Shown here one piece after another: positions 1 to 60,865 of a DNA stretch of 64,000 nt; within the stretch, counting starts at the first letter, position 1, and each line of letters opens with the position of its first letter. The notes under the pieces are model-generated. The model was given only the letters and a program-made list of their open reading frames with translations, ran no database searches and had not been told where the DNA came from. Where the stretch lies: NCBI GenBank assembly GCA_951406725.2, contig OX597816.1, positions 113,274,001-113,338,000 on the forward strand. The letters are read 5' to 3'. Position numbers and translations under genes: made by a program. This stretch comes from Octopus vulgaris. Taxonomy: Eukaryota.

Positions 1-1282
1 TTACAAAGCACAACAGATAGTTAGTGTAAAGTAACTAGGAAATTTGTACATAGACTAATGATATTGATTCAAACAACTCTAAGAATCTACCTTACAGCTA
101 TAGCTGAAAGATTGCAGATTATCTCTCAAGAAACATTTGTAGAACAAATTAATGACTAACTTTACAATAAGTGGAAACCATATTTTTTCTATATTTGTCA
201 GATTTCTATTTGTATATGATATATCATGTCATATGTCAGAAAAGTTTTAAGTCTATTATGTTTTGATTACTTATTTCACTTTGGTGCCTCTCTTTCAAGA
301 TGATTGCAAATATATACTACATTAGCTAAATATAATTAATCTTTCACTGAGAATTTCTGAAAGAATTTTCATTATTGACAGTATTTTGTGAGTGAATTAA
401 CAAGAAATTCAACAAAAATAAATATATTTTCATGTAAAGGCTATTGAAGTAGTTTTAGTGTATTGCAAAAGCCATTATGTAAAACTAAAAGGTTAACTAT
501 GGAAATCTATGGGAGTTTTCACAGGTGGTAGATGTTAAACCAATTATTCTACTTCCTTGTATAAAAGAACAATGTGAAAGAAAAATGGCAATGTTATCAT
601 TAATTTAAATCTTGTAAAAATATAAAGAGTTAAATGTAATGCTAACCTATTCTTCATTAATATAAATTATTTTATTTACAAAAAGATAATATTGTTTTAT
701 GATTAAACTATCCTTTAAATGATAGGTTTAATAACATATTTATTATTGCCTTGTATTTTTAAGTCTGTCTTGACAATGGTGTATGTAAATTAATAGTTTG
801 GCTAGATATGAATAGCAATAGGCAAAAGCCTAATACAATAAAATCTTACAAAATCTCATTTTGTCTCCTTTATTAATCTCAGGTTTTGGCTTATATAAAG
901 AAAACTTTTATGGTGGAATTTTGTTATTATTAACCCTAGATTAAACAGAGCTATGATTAAAAGTGTACCAATTCTGCAATATATCCTCTCCCTATTTGAG
1001 GTAATAAAGTGTGATTTGATGGGGATTTGACTGCTGTTGACCATCGAGGCTTTGTCATTAGTTTGAGAAATTGAGGATAAACAAAATATCTACGATTTAT
1101 GAAATTGAGAATATGTTGGCTTACTAAGCAACCTTGGTAGAACAACAGAGATGTGAGTAAACCACAATCAATGTCATCCATATAATGTTATTGAAACAGA
1201 AGAAACTAGTAAACCTTTGAATCCATAGTTTTGTGCTGGATATTCTTTTTACATAGAAGCTTAAAACTGATATTTAAAAAAA

Positions 1283-1418
1283 TGCTTACCAACCACATGG
1301 TTCCGGGTTCAGTCCCACTGCGTGGCACCTTGGGTAAGTGTCTTCTACTATAGTCTCGGGCCGACCAAAGCCTTGTGAATGGATTTGGTAGACGGAAACT
1401 GAAAGAAGCCCATCGTAC

Positions 1419-1468
<50 letters not shown>

Positions 1469-1680
1469 TTGTTTGTGTGTCTGTGTTTGTCCCCCCAACA
1501 TCGCTTGACAACCGATGCTGGTGTGTTTACGTCCCGTAACTTGGCAGTTCGGCAAAAGAGACCAATAGAATAATTACTAGGCTTACAAAGAATAAGTCCT
1601 GGGGTCGATTTGCTCGACTAAAGGCAGTGCTCCAGCATGGCCACAGTCAAATGACTGAAACAAGTAAAAGAGTAAAGAGT
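1283..1680 (+). mobile_element. tRNA-like SINE family A with internal (TA)n(TG)n
   Basis: ggttcagtccc B-box-like motif, gcaccttgggtaagtgtcttctactatag, tail gactgaaacaagtaaaagagt. Related copies at about 47461-47620, 51052-51455, 53795-54180, 59075-59230, 59625-59970 and inverted at about 24770-24880, 49290-49415. Confidence 0.85.
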
Positions 1681-4600
1681 AACCTCTAATGAAATATATC
1701 ACCAAACAATAAATGAGAAATTCTCTCTTTCTCTCCCCTCTTTCTCCCTTAGACTAGTTATTTGTAACCCAGTTTAATCTCAGAAATGTTAAAACCCTTT
1801 AAGCCCTGACCATAAGATATTCATGTGAAGTAATACTACAACATAATTCTTAGTGCTTTAAGAGTTTATTTTACATGGAAAAGAATAACCACCATTTTTA
1901 TTGACACTGATATGCCTTTCCTGTTTGCTCCAATATATTGACATTAACTGACTAATATTTTTGAATATTAGATACAAATTTGATTTTTTTTTCAAAGGAG
2001 TATTCATGTAACAATTGAAATTATCTTCCAGCTAAGCCTATTCATGTCATTGATAGTTTTCTATGTTGTTTACATAATAGCAACACATCAACTAGACGAA
2101 TAGAATTATAGGCTAAATATGTATTTTCTCCAATTTTCATCATTTCTAAAACTCTCTTCTAGCTCCCTTCAGAATTAGTTAATCATTACAGCAATCTATT
2201 CTCTTTAATGAAAAGAATGCTGCATATTTTATTCTCATATTTTCTGTTCGATTTTGATTTTTACTTGTTTTCAACTAATTTTCCTGTGATCAAGGGTTTG
2301 GTTAGCTTTTTTGAATTTTGGCTATTACACATGAATTGTGTGGTGTTGTATTTGTTTTATAGCTTAATGCTCTTCCTAAAACTACTATTCAGTTGTAACA
2401 TGAAGTTTTCAGCTAAACAAGTTGAAGCAAGCATAGTAATGTGCAGAATACAATGAAAAGACTAACAATAAAAGGACTTTCAGCCTATGCACAAAGTTTT
2501 ATCTAAAAGTATGAAATATGGAATCTAAGCTTAGGTATTGGCTTAAATGAATTATTTATTCTATTTTCTAACATAATGTATCCTAATGTTGCGATGAATA
2601 TAGATGTTGTTGGCAAGCAGCATATAAACAGAATGTAATGGTTTTAGCAAATATTAAAGAATATGCCATTTGTCAGCACCATTATCACTTGGCAGCAGAG
2701 ATAAGAGCTGATTTAATCTCTGACATACATTGCAAACCAATCTCATAAAAATGGGGGAAAAAGTTGAATTGTGAACTGACTTGGATGACTCTTAGCAATA
2801 TTAGTAGTATATTGGCTTCAGAATTGATATCATTTGGATGTTGTTTCTTAGGGTTGAAAACAAATTGGAAATGAAATACAAGGTCAGAAATTTGGTTACA
2901 GATCAAATGCAGCTAAAATTAAAGCTGACATATTTTGCCAACTTTCAATGCAAATTTTGTGATTTAATCCCAATATATGTGGTATCATGATTTCATTAAT
3001 CTTCATTTTCTATTGTATACCATTCTACCCAACATTCTTTTTCCCTATATCAACATATAAGTTTTACTGTTATTAGACAAAATATTTTCGCTTTAAAGTT
3101 TTATGATTGAATCTTAGTATTGATTACTGAAAGATTGGAAACACCAAACAAATAAATGGATATTTTCAGAACTGTTTCAAATATAATGTTCAAAAGAGGA
3201 ATGACAAAGTTATAGTTTTAGTGGTAAACATTTGGTAGATATTTTAACTATCAAAAATGGTGTAATTACATTTCCCTTACCAATATTTACCTTTTATATA
3301 TTTCATCTCTGTGGATACTATATTATTAATAACATCAATCACTTCACCTTATTAATTAATTATCTTATCTGGCCTTCTAATCACATATAAAAGTTTTAGA
3401 TTATTCTCATTTAATTAAATAGGTTGATGCAGAAATGAATCTGATATAATACTTGTGTGTTGTCCAATTTGACATTTAGAGTATTGCAAGCTTCCTGTGT
3501 TATTCCCTTCAGTTCTGTTTTCTTATTATTTGTGCCAAGCTCTTCCCTTAACATTTCTTGCACTGTTAGAGTGTAATTTTTTTTATCAAAATCAAAAGCA
3601 TTCATTGAAACATCTGCAAGTATTTATAGCTGGATAAATTTAGCTTAATATTTTACAATGTCTGCTAAATGACCAGAGAACCACTAAGTTCCTCTAAAAA
3701 ATTATCAACTACTGATAAATCCTTTATTTATCTATACCTCATTTCTGAAAAGTAACTAGAAATGTTTATATCATTCTTAATATGTATACATTATACCATA
3801 GCTTTCAGAAACAAGACAACATTCTCCATATTTTAGTAGTGAGTATTAACTATTCCTTTTTGAGAAAATTATTGTTAATCATAGATGAATACAGAATTGA
3901 TGAAATTGTAAATACTAACAAATTTATTGTTGAGCTATTTAACAGCTTTGACTAGCTGTACATTCCAGTAAAAAAATGCTTCTTGATATAATAATAATTG
4001 ATATTTTGTATAATAATTTATCAATAATAAATAATAATTGTTGCACAACTACGACTGTTTATTGGGAAAATATTAAAAGAATTAGGATTTTCAGAAAAGT
4101 AATTCAGTAAAATATTATTTGTAATTAAAAGAGAATATTGATTCATGTTCATAAGGAAAGTTTCATTAAATCTCAGTAAAAATATTTTCCCCCCATTATA
4201 CTAGCTTTAAGTCCAATATTATTTTTGCCGATCTAACATAAACATCAGATAGCTTAGATTCCAACCAATCATGTAAGATTATTGAATTTGCTCTTTGATG
4301 ACAGCCAGATTGTTAATTTCTAGTGTTCTAGTTTTTAAGTAAGTTTTTGTGCTCATGACAAATTATACAAATGTACTTCTCTTTTGCCATATAGTAAGAA
4401 TATAATGCTCTTGAGAAGGTAGCATACTTCACCAATTTTCCTAAGATTGTTCATTTTACATGTTCAATGTTCCAGTTGTTTTTGTTGTTTAATCCAGGTA
4501 ATCTAGATTGAACAAACTTATAAAACGTGTTATACTCTTGACAATCACATCTTCTCGTAATGGGAACTACCATTTTCCAATGTGCCCCTTATTTCAGATG

Positions 4601-5016
4601 GTAGAGTGCATTGAGAGGAAGATTTGGCAGCTATTTGTAACAGGTTGTACAGAGATACAATAATTATCAACAGATATTATTAATCTAAATTCTTCTTCAT
4701 CCATTTTTGAAGTTAACCAAGACTCCACCTCTTAGATATCAACAGCTCTTCTTAGAGAGTTTCAGGTAACTGAATAATTGTGACTGTTCTTACCTTGTAC
4801 CCTCACAAATGAAAAAACTTCAGATGTTGTTGCAGACATATTCAATACACCAAACATATCAATGAAAGCATTACAGTCTGTTTGTGGTTCCAAGAAGTTT
4901 GAGTCTTGGTATTCACTCTCTCATTCTTAACTTTCTGGACTAGTGTAAAAGCAAGGTAAGGCAATGGAGTTATATTAGAGATATAGTGAGATGACTAAGG
5001 TAATATGTGTGCCTTT

Positions 5017-5252
5017 AAGGCGGCGAGCTGGCAGAATCGTTAGCATGCCAGGCGAAATACTTAATGGTATTTCATCTGCCGCCACGTTCTGAGTTCAGAT
5101 TCCGCCGAGGTCGACTTTGCCTTTCATCCTTTTGGGGTCAATTAAATAAGTACCAATTTTGCACTGGGGTCGATATAATCGACTTAATCCGTTTGTCTGT
5201 CCTTGTTTGTCCTCTCTGTGTTTAGCCCTTTGTGGGTAGTAAAGAAATAGGT
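5017..5252 (+). mobile_element. tRNA-like SINE family B with target-site duplication
   Basis: ggcggcgagctggcagaatcgttagc head, gagttcagattcc B-box-like motif; aggtaatatgtgtgcct is present on both sides (about 4998-5014 and 5249-5265). Confidence 0.88.
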
Positions 5253-8200
5253 AATATGTGTGCCTCACCAGGCTTTGAATATCTGGATGTTTTTTCAGCC
5301 CACTTAAATTCAACCTCTAATGATAGAGCTTCCTCTGCATAGTCTGTAAGAAATTCAGTCTTCACATGCACGACAAACCCTTAAAGAATATAAGGTGGTG
5401 GTGATTCACTATCACACATGCTAACAGTTTGTGGATCCACAGGTGACAGCCAGTAACAGATGAGCTGTCCTAAAAAGAATTGATCTGATACCTATCAAAG
5501 ATTTGCTCTACTTTGTCATCCCATAATTTTATATTCAAATAAAAATAAGAATAATTGGAATGTTACTATCTCTCTCTCTCTCTCTACATATACATATATA
5601 TATATATATATATATCATTCAATCTATAAATATATATATATAAAAAACACTCCTTTGGCTATGCACACTGAATGAAATGACAGTATAATCTAACAAAGAA
5701 CTTATTTAAATAATCACCTGAAGATGTTTACCTTATACTTTAAATAGGTGATAATGATTATACAACATATTAATAATATCATCTCACCAATGTACTATGA
5801 GTGTCAAAACAATTATAGTGATTTTAAATAAAGAATATCATTCAATCCATTTTGTATCATTTACACACACACACATACACACACTTTCCTTCAAATTATT
5901 TTGGATAGCATGTAGTTGATTGAATTGACTCCAGTACTTGATTAATATTTTTCTTGGACAGAGAAAGGGAAAACACTCCCAACAGGATTTCAATGAAAAC
6001 ATGAGAACCTAAATAAGCACTGCAAGGCATTTTGTCCTGTATCTTATAACCATCTACTTCTTTTTTATTGCTGCTAATAATTTAAATAACTTAGTTATTA
6101 TCAACATAAAATGTCAAATTTTATTCAATTTAAGCTTTTTTTTAATAAATTCAATCCATTTATTTTGTTTTCTTCACTTTTTGTTGAACTTTAAAGAATT
6201 TAATAACAATCAGTTTGTGATATTTTAGTATTGAAATTTAGAACTTTTACTAAATTTTGAAGAATTTGACATGTATTATATTTTAAACATTTTTTTCTTT
6301 TCATACATTATTCTTTTTTGTTTTTAATGCATTGTGGTTTCTTTATTCTTAAATTGCAATTTAAAATTTTGTGGTGTTCTATGAAAATTTTGCAATGGAA
6401 ACAACTTTTTCATTTCAGGAAGTGTATTTTAACATTGCATCTTTACAAATCTATGAGTAAAAAATATAAAGAAAATGTCTATGAAGTTTCACTGTAAAAT
6501 TATTATTTTAAAAAAAAATCAAGTTGTTTTTTTTTATATTTTAAATTTTTATTTGTTTTTACTGTTATCTCTATTGGTGCTGCTCCTAATACTACGGCTG
6601 CTCTTAATACTGCTGCTACTATTTCTATTACTATTGTTCCTAATACTACTACTTATACTGCTTCTATTACTATTACTTTAAATGATAATATAACAATAAT
6701 AATAATTTCTCTTGTTACCTTCATCATTATCTTCAGATGTTTGTTTGCATGTGCTTGTATAATACTACCAATATGAAATCTTTAGATATGTTCTAAATTT
6801 GGTAAATTGAATAGGAAATAGGTAAGTTAAGTGGGAAATTGGCTTGTTAAACAACTTCAGTAGAAGTCATTTACAAGCTATCAATAATACATAGATATCT
6901 ATTGTCATTGCTCTATTTCTGTATAACTAGATTGTCTTGTAGTGCGTGATATTGGAGAATGAAGTCGACTAGCTCTAATAAACTATTTTGAGACTAGACT
7001 CATTACAATCCTCTGATCCTAGAATAGATATAAAGTACTTTAAAGGCCAATTCCTTAAATCCTTTTATTGTACAGGTAATTTGATATATATCTAACAAAG
7101 GAAACTTGTTGGAAGCAGGTACAATAAAGTAAATATGCCTTCAAGCTCTTGAAGAGAGAAAATAATCTTTAGAAGTGTTTATACTAATAAAAAAAGTAGT
7201 TTTTGTGAAAAATAGCTATAATTTATTTTGTTTTCAAAGAGTGACTATTTTTAAAGAACTTGTTAAAAATAAGAGTTGTATTTATTTTGGCCATTTTGTA
7301 AGTATAGTTATAGATTGTTAACTAATTCATAAGTTCAAATCATGTGTTCCAATGTACTTTATTAGTGGCATTGTTAGAAGATTATATACTTACATTATAT
7401 ATCACCAATAAGTTAACTGAAACTTCAAAACAGGCTTGAAGTTGTTCTATTACTTTTGATTGATTGTTGTATATTAGAATTATCAATTGATGGGACATAA
7501 CTAAACTACTGCTAGTCTTTTATTTTTACAAACTTTGAAAGTGAAACACATGGAAACTACTAATAAATGAAATGTAGAAGTATTAGAAATATGTCCACCT
7601 TCTGATAATATTACTGTACCATAGCAAATCAAAAGTAATACAACAAATTTTATCATTTTAGTAAAATCTCATGGTTACCTCATTAGCGATATAAGACATG
7701 TATATATTCTTTTAATGATGTTGTTACTAATAAAGTAAATTATACATACATATATTTTGTTTTGTGTGTGTGTGTGTGTGTGTGTATGTGTGTAATAAGT
7801 GAAGCTGTAGTAGATGAGACAAATTCTGTAGTGTTGTAGCTAAACTGAAATAAGCACTTTCTGAACACCAAGTGAGATATATGTCCCTGATCACTGGTTG
7901 GAAAGTTGTGTAGATTGATTTTCATATATATGTTCTATCAAGCTGAATTGTATTTCAAATACATTTTTGGTGGAATAAAGGTCATTTCTATGGTTTCTTA
8001 AGTATTAAAAACTTCAAAACTAAAAGACATAATATTGTAAAAAGTACAGATATGCATGTGTCTTCAAATATCTTACTAATAAATAAATTCTATATAGTGT
8101 ATTGTTTGAACTATTTACTCTCAAAAAGTTACTAAGATAATATCCCTTTAAAATCCAACCATTTTATCTTTCTCCCCAAAGTTTTGCCCACTTTTATAAT

Positions 8201-9269
8201 AGATTTAAGACTTCTGTGAAACATTTCCACCATCAGTTGTTTGCAAAAGATTTCTTTAACTGATTTTTGGTACCTTCCAATCGTATTGCTTCCCTCTAAC
8301 AATGTAAAATAGCTTTGATCCTGCAACAAAGTATTCATGCATTTACCAATAATGCATCTCTACATTTCATTGCCTTCTTGTATATTCAGGATAATATATC
8401 TATAAATCCTAAGAATATTAATAAAAATAGTTTTGTAGATGTCATTGAAATAATGAATTATTTATTTATGCACTTTAACCTATCGTTATATACTATGACA
8501 AAAAAGTATACCTTTTGATCTTTGTATAATGATAGCAGTCATCAGATGTTTGTAAAATTATTATAAAAGTAATTATTACTGAGATGTAAGCAAAAAGATG
8601 TTAGTTTATTGAGGTTTTATGTTATTGCTTTTTCAACACTTTTAATGTAACACAATAATGATAATACAATATTTAGTGACACTATCAATATTGAATATGA
8701 TGATAATTATAACGAAAACAATCACAATTTCATTTATGTGTGAGCGTTTTTTTTATATCAGTGAATGTGTGTTAGGAGAGGTGGAAATAAAACAATACTT
8801 TTTTCTTTTTAAAGAACTATTTTATTGGGTTTTTTTTTTATCAAGTTTCCAGTATTCAGAATTGTTCTAAAACATTTGTATAGTGTGTTGTATCAGATTC
8901 CAAGATCATGTTAATGGAATCATTAGTTCCTTTCCTTGCAACTTAAAACTGATTACAATATCTGTGCACCCATGTGTCACCTTCTGAGATCTATGAGTTG
9001 TTGATCCCATATGTATTACAGTATATTTATTCAGAAACTGTATTGATCAAATGTAAGAGATAAATCTTGTAGTGTTCTTTGGAATAAGTAGTTTCTTAAA
9101 GATTTCACTTAGTGAAACAAAAATTTCACCAATAAGAGTGTTCGATTAATGTCAGATCAACATTCTTTGTTATCTGATTTAGAAAAAAAAAACGAATTAG
9201 GATGTGTATGGAGAAGCATACATTTTAGGAATTCTGTGAATAATAATAATAATGATAATAATAATAATA

Positions 9270-9822
9270 GCCCTGATGCAGTACCAGGCAGTGGCTCTCA
9301 TTGCTTCTGATCTTAACTGATTGGAAATGTTATCATGTACATTGTTTTGTCTTGGTATAAAAGATGGCTACATCAAATTTTCTGCTCAATACCACAGATT
9401 TGCTTGTCAGTTGCCTGACTGTAACCAGTCGAGCATGTCCCTTAGTGGCTGACGATATGTGCATCTCTGATCATGAGCAAAAGTAGTGCGAGAGCATCAT
9501 AGCCATTTGTTGAGAGGAATTCTTTGGGATTTGGATAATTCACCTTTGGAAGCGTGGGTGTTTTGTTCAACATCCTTAAACAATCCTTATTCAGGGACCT
9601 TTGGAGCAGGACGAGCTACTCAACCTGAAGAAAATTCTAACTGGGCCCCACCTGCAAGGTCATGCACTGTTTATCTTCATATGAGATCACTTTGTCATGC
9701 ACATATGGTTGTGATGCATATGCTTGGTGTACCCTTATCTGATGAGTAGTCATGTTGGGTAAACTGGGCTTTGTATAATTTACCCCAGTGTCACTTTGAT
9801 GGTATGCACTGCTCTCTCGCTC
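9270..9822 (+). mobile_element. Interspersed element inserted in (TAA)n, probably a non-LTR 3' end; strand tentative
   Basis: GC-richer block bounded precisely by (TAA)n on both sides; no intact ORF. Confidence 0.55.
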
Positions 9823-9837
9823 AATAATAATAATAAT

Positions 9838-10050
9838 CCTTTCTACTAAAGGCACAAGGCCTGAAATTTTGTTTGGGTGGGTGACTAGTCGATTACATCA
9901 ACCCCAGTGTGTAACTTGTACTTATTTTCTCACCCCCTGAAGAATGAAAGGCAAAGTTGACCTCAGTGGAATTTCAATTCAGAACATGAAGGCAGATGAA
10001 ATACTGCTAAGCATTTTGCCTGGCATGCTAATGATTCTGGCAGGCTGCCT
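9838..10050 (-). mobile_element. SINE family B, inverted
   Basis: Reverse complement of family B (gaatgaaaggcaaagttgacctcagtggaattt); further inverted copies at about 12575-12780, 32565-32762 and 39740-39915. Confidence 0.85.
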
Positions 10051-10159
10051 TATGAATAATAATAATAATAAAAATATATTGTTTATCATTATCACTGCTG
10101 TCCTAAGTGGTAATAGCTTAACTGGCAGCACAACTAATGAAGAAATACTATTTGGATGG

Positions 10160-11960
10160 CTTTGACTCCTCAGAGTTCATCCACCCCTTATTCAGCAGGG
10201 TGACCAAAAAGCAAGAAAATCACCCTCCTCATAGAGCAAGCTCTCTGAAGTTACCAGTTTAGTTGCCAACAACCCAACATTTGTGATTTGATTTCATGAC
10301 TACAATTATGATGATAGTGTTATGTATCTGAGCAAATAGGTACACAGACAGATGTAGTGAAAAGAAGGCAAAAAAATGGAAGAAGGGAAAACGGATGTGC
10401 AAAGGGATGACATGATTAATGGAGTGGAAATCCCAAAGTGGATAACTACAGGAAAGTGGTTCTTTGCCAAAAGGACCCAGTGAATAATTACTGGTCAATC
10501 TTCTCCCTACTCTTGATGTGGAAATTAACAAGAATAATACTTAATTGTGTGTATGGCATCTTTGAAATGAATGACAATCTGTCAGTGAATCAGAAGGGAT
10601 TCAGGAGGAAAATCCAAGGGACAAAAGACAGACAGAATGGTGCTGAGCAATTGTAAGAGAAGACATACTAATCGGGATTGATTATAAGAAAGCATATGAC
10701 AGGGTCCCTCATTCCTAGATTTTAGAAGGTCTTGAACTGATACAGGTGTTTGATAACATTTGGAATTTTATCAGATCAATAAAAAACTGGAGTACAGAGT
10801 TAACAACATGTGGAGAATTCTTCACAAACGTTAACATCAGGAGAAGCATATTTCAGGGAGATAGTCTGTCACCATTGCTATTTGTGATTTGTATGATACT
10901 CATCACACAGATATTATGGAAAGCGACACCTTGAAAAATGGAGGAAAGTTAATTCACCTGTTGTATAGAGATGACAATCTGGAATGGAACATCAAACAAC
11001 TGATTGAACCTTTGGTCGTTGCTGATAGACATAGCAACACGGTACCTAGTGAAAATGTCACGTACCCAAAAGAATTTAAGAAACAAGATGGAGAACAAAG
11101 ATTGAACAGCTGGAAAGTGAAAGTAATGCACAGGCAATACCTCAGAGAAATGGAAGGGAAAAACAAGACTGACACTTGGAAGTAGCTAAGGAAAAGTGAT
11201 CTGAAAGAATGCACCGAGGTATTGAAATGCTGCACTAAGGAACAAGCTCTGAGAACTAATTACACCAAGTTCCAAATAGATAAGAGTAGTGAATCGCCCC
11301 TTTGGAGGATGTGTGACAGCAAAAACAAGACAATTTTACATATTGTGAATGAGTGTAGCAAACTGATCCAAAAGGAATACAAAAGGAGGCATGAAAATGG
11401 GACTAAGTATGTTCATTGGAGATTGTGTGAGAATTACAATGTTGTAAAGACATTGAAATGATACGAGCATAAACTATTGTAGAAGGCATCATCAAGAATA
11501 ATGAGTATAAGATCTTGTGTGATTTTACAATCCAGTGTGATTCAGTAATTGATATTTGGAGATCAGACATTGTTGAATTTGATAAACTGATGAAGGAAAC
11601 CAATATTATCGATATTGCCGTACCTGGGGATGTATGAATAGCTGATAAAGAACTGGAAAAATTGAGAAGTACAAGCCACTGAAAGATGAAATTGCAGGAA
11701 CATAGGCAACTGTCATCCTTGTAGTTGTTGGGGCACTAGGAGCATTTACAACCAAGCTTGAGTAATCTGTTATAGAAATTGGGATTGACATGAGGTAAGA
11801 ATATGCTCAGAAAACTGCTTTATTGGGGGCAGCAAGGATTTTTGAGGTTGGTACTTGGATGTTAAATATTGTAGAAAGAGACAGGTTGTTGTCTGCTCTT
11901 ACAGAATTACCTAGCGCAAGTGAAATCGAGAGCTAGATATGCTAGCCAATAGTTGTGATG
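10160..11960 (+). mobile_element. Degenerate R4/Dong-like non-LTR retrotransposon (RT and restriction-like endonuclease), pseudogenised
   Basis: Frameshifted motifs DYKKAYDRVPH, IFQGDSLSPLLF, HLLYRDD, EQALRTNY, a CCHC-like finger (RMC..HIVNEC), IIDIAVPGD and VVVGALG. Confidence 0.85.
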
Positions 11961-12182
11961 TTGAGCTATTCAGTATCATATGTTTATATTATTTCAAGAG
12001 TATTGCATTTTGCTCTGAGATACGAAACATTTGATTTACTCACCTTTGATAATAGATATGATGCCCACTTCATAGAGAGAACTTTGAACTGTAAAACTAT
12101 TTAGCAATCTGGTGTAAAATGACATCTATTTCAATATCAAATTTTACAGAAAAATCAAAGCTAGGATGGATATAGTGTAAAC

Positions 12183-12258
12183 ACTTACATTTATGTATAT
12201 CTTTTTACATAGCTGTGTGTACTTACATTTATGTATATCTTTTTACATAGCTGTGTGT
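12183..12258. repeat. Perfect 38-bp tandem duplication
   Basis: acttacatttatgtatatctttttacatagctgtgtgt occurs twice head to tail. Confidence 0.9.
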
Positions 12259-15245
12259 GTGCTGCTTTAATGAAGAGAAAAAATACTCAATATATAGTAT
12301 AAAGTATGATTGTATATATCTCACTGGACAGTTTAGCATTACTTAAGTTTCACTTTTATGTATCATTAAGATTGCATGATGTAGTGTAATGATGTGCTCT
12401 TTTGTTCAAGATAGTGTTAGGGGTCTTACTATTTCATTGGCTGAGCCAGACCACATGAGTCACTCTTAAGAGGTGATGACTCCCAACTGAAATGAAACTT
12501 TTATGTACTGTGAAACAACTGCTTGATATTAGAAATCTTGTAACCAAACTATGCATAAATAATTATTTCAAATTTTTGCTGCAAGGGCAGCTTGGAGGAG
12601 GTGGTGGCATGAGTCGGTTACATCGACTCCAGTGTTCAACCAGTACTTATTTTATCAACCCCAAAAGGATGAAAGGCAAAGTCGACCTTGGCAAAATTTA
12701 AACTCAGAATGTAGCGATGGGCAAAATGCCGCCAAGCATTTCATCCAGTGCGCTAATGATACTGCCAGTTCGCTGCCTTAAAATATGCATAAATAATGAT
12801 AAGCAAAAATAAAATATTTTTCAAAGATAATAATAATAGTTCATAATAGTTAGCAAAATAATAATTAGCATAATTCTTGCTTGGTTGGCTGGTAAGTTTG
12901 TTATGTGGATTCTCAGTACACTTTGTGTCTTGTGGTGCCTGCAAGAACATACTTTTCCTAAAAGAGGAGCAACTCTACCTGGCTTGTTCAGAGTTGCTAT
13001 TTCAGCTTGATTTTACATGTCAAGTCTTATGTTATGTTGTTAGCCAGTTGTGAATTGTGGGTTCAGCAAGTTTATAGTTGAAAGTCTCTTTGTACAAGAG
13101 TTGCATCTCTCATTCTAAAGATAGAGTAATGTAAATTTAAAATCTCAAGTTTTTAATCACATATAGATGGTGACTTCTTCAACCATTGTATACCTTTGTC
13201 AGTATTCCAATTTTAATGTGTAGTTGTTCTGCCTTTTAAAACTAAATGCTGTTCACAAGATACGGCATCTGAACTTACTTTTTAACTTAATTAAATGGAT
13301 GTACTATCACTATGTAGTCTTAAACATATTTGAATCAATCTGACATACATTTTACTGTATGATCAGCAGATTCGACATCTACTCTCTATATTCTTTCTAT
13401 TGATGATAACATTTTTGAAATATGACCTGATTCTAATTTTTCTTAGGAAAAAGTAGGGGTTGAAGCCAAATTTTTTATCTGAGTTTATATGTTAGTCCTT
13501 TGTTGGACAATTTCATTTTTTTTTTTTTTACGTACAGCGTATTGACTATTATGCTTTTAAATTAATATTCTTGGTGATATCATGTTTTCAAGTGAGATTA
13601 TGTGGTATTTTTTCCATTCCACACCTTTTTGATGTCAATGTCAATTTGTTCATAGTGCTCAATCAGCTGAATATATCATTACTTTAAGTGATATCATTGC
13701 TAAAGTAATATCATTATTTTAAGCTTCATACTTATAAATTCAGATGGCACTAAGCTCTTTTGTAATGAAGTGTTCCTTTGTCCACGATGGTATTGGAGCC
13801 AATTTATTCCATTGGCTAAGGCAGAAAACATGGTTTACTTAATCAGATAACTCCCAATCAAAATGAAACATTCTTCATTCTGCAGGACAACTTTGCAAAA
13901 GCATAATAATTAGTAAAAATAGTGAAAATAAAAAGGATTTATTATACTTAGAAAAATAATAATTAACATAACTCTTTTCCATGTGGATTCCTTTGTACTC
14001 TTTGAGTTTGTGATGCCTTAAAAGTATAATTTTTCTTCAGAAGAAAGTGACTGTAACACTTGGAACTTCAGCTTGATTTTGTGTTAAATTTCATGTCACC
14101 CCTTTAACCAAGCTGTGAATTGCAGCCTTCACAAGACAATGGGTACCAAGGAACCAACATGGAGAATTTTGTCATGCATATGTATGTGTTTATCCATGTG
14201 CGTGTGTATGTGTGTCTTTATTAAAGTGTTTATAGTTAAAAAAGACAACTTCAGTTAAGAACTCAATGCATTGTGTAAGTCAGAGTAATATGATTTATTC
14301 TCAATGATTTACTAATCATTTCAACCAAAGAGATATCTTTTGGAGTGAACTCTGTTTAACTTTTCAAACAAAGTCAAGAGTTTACCTCCCTTTTGAAATT
14401 AAGCACAGTTCTCTTCCAAGGAACCATTTTTGCTTGAAAAGGTTTGTAAATCATTTCAATGAACTTTATGCCTAAACTGCGGAGCACTACATTATCACTT
14501 CTCAATTCAATTGACCAACCATTTACAGTGTGCACTGGCTGCTTTTTTTCTTGGCACCAGCACTAGTAAAGTTGCTGTGTTGTTCAAAAGGTGAAAAAGA
14601 GTCCAACCCACCCATCATGGTTGAAGGATTAGAGGTTAAAGAATGATGGATGAAAGAAATTTATTGTTGTGAGAGGATGGTAGTAGAGAGTAACAGCTGG
14701 AAATGTTGAGAGGAATAATGAAGAAGACAGAAGAGAGAATGAGAGTAATGTCAAGGGTCTGTGTGAAAGAGCAGAAGCATAAAATGGTAACAGTGATGGG
14801 GTAGCTAGCTTAAGTTGGAACCATTACTTTCCTGCATTATATATATTTTATCATAATTCTATGCCAGATTTTCACCATGTCTACAATATGTGTGTGTGTT
14901 TATTTATACACACACACATAGAGAAAGTGAATTTCTTGAACATTCTACCATACTTGGTTTACAGTTATTTTTGTTGTCATCCTCTTGAGGATCTTCCACT
15001 GGATTATATCAAAGACTGCTTCAAATCATCAAAGTGTAAGATCACTTGATGTTCTTTTGTTTCATTAGTTATCTGTCTTATGTATATACACATATGTATA
15101 TACATTTGTATGCAAGTGGGATTATAATGTGAGGAATATTAGGATTCATTCCTTCACTTGCACAAATTAATTTTGTAAAGCAACTGTATCTTTTTTACCA
15201 AGTTGCCAATGCCTTAACAATTTAATTTGAATTCCATTTGCTAAG

Positions 15246-60865
<45,620 letters not shown>

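Noticed and set aside
6475-6681. Leu-rich and other short ORFs in the track (YIYI, THTH, NNNN, KGKVDL types)
   Set aside because: They are translations of microsatellites or SINEs.
9270-9340. Hammerhead ribozyme in the TAA-flanked element
   Set aside because: ctgatgca does not match the CUGANGA core, and the required stems were not found.
1-15245. Upstream coding exons (for example an N-terminal RING as in Drosophila rols) or a promoter
   Set aside because: No convincing exon or CpG-rich promoter found; the region looks like intron or intergenic DNA.
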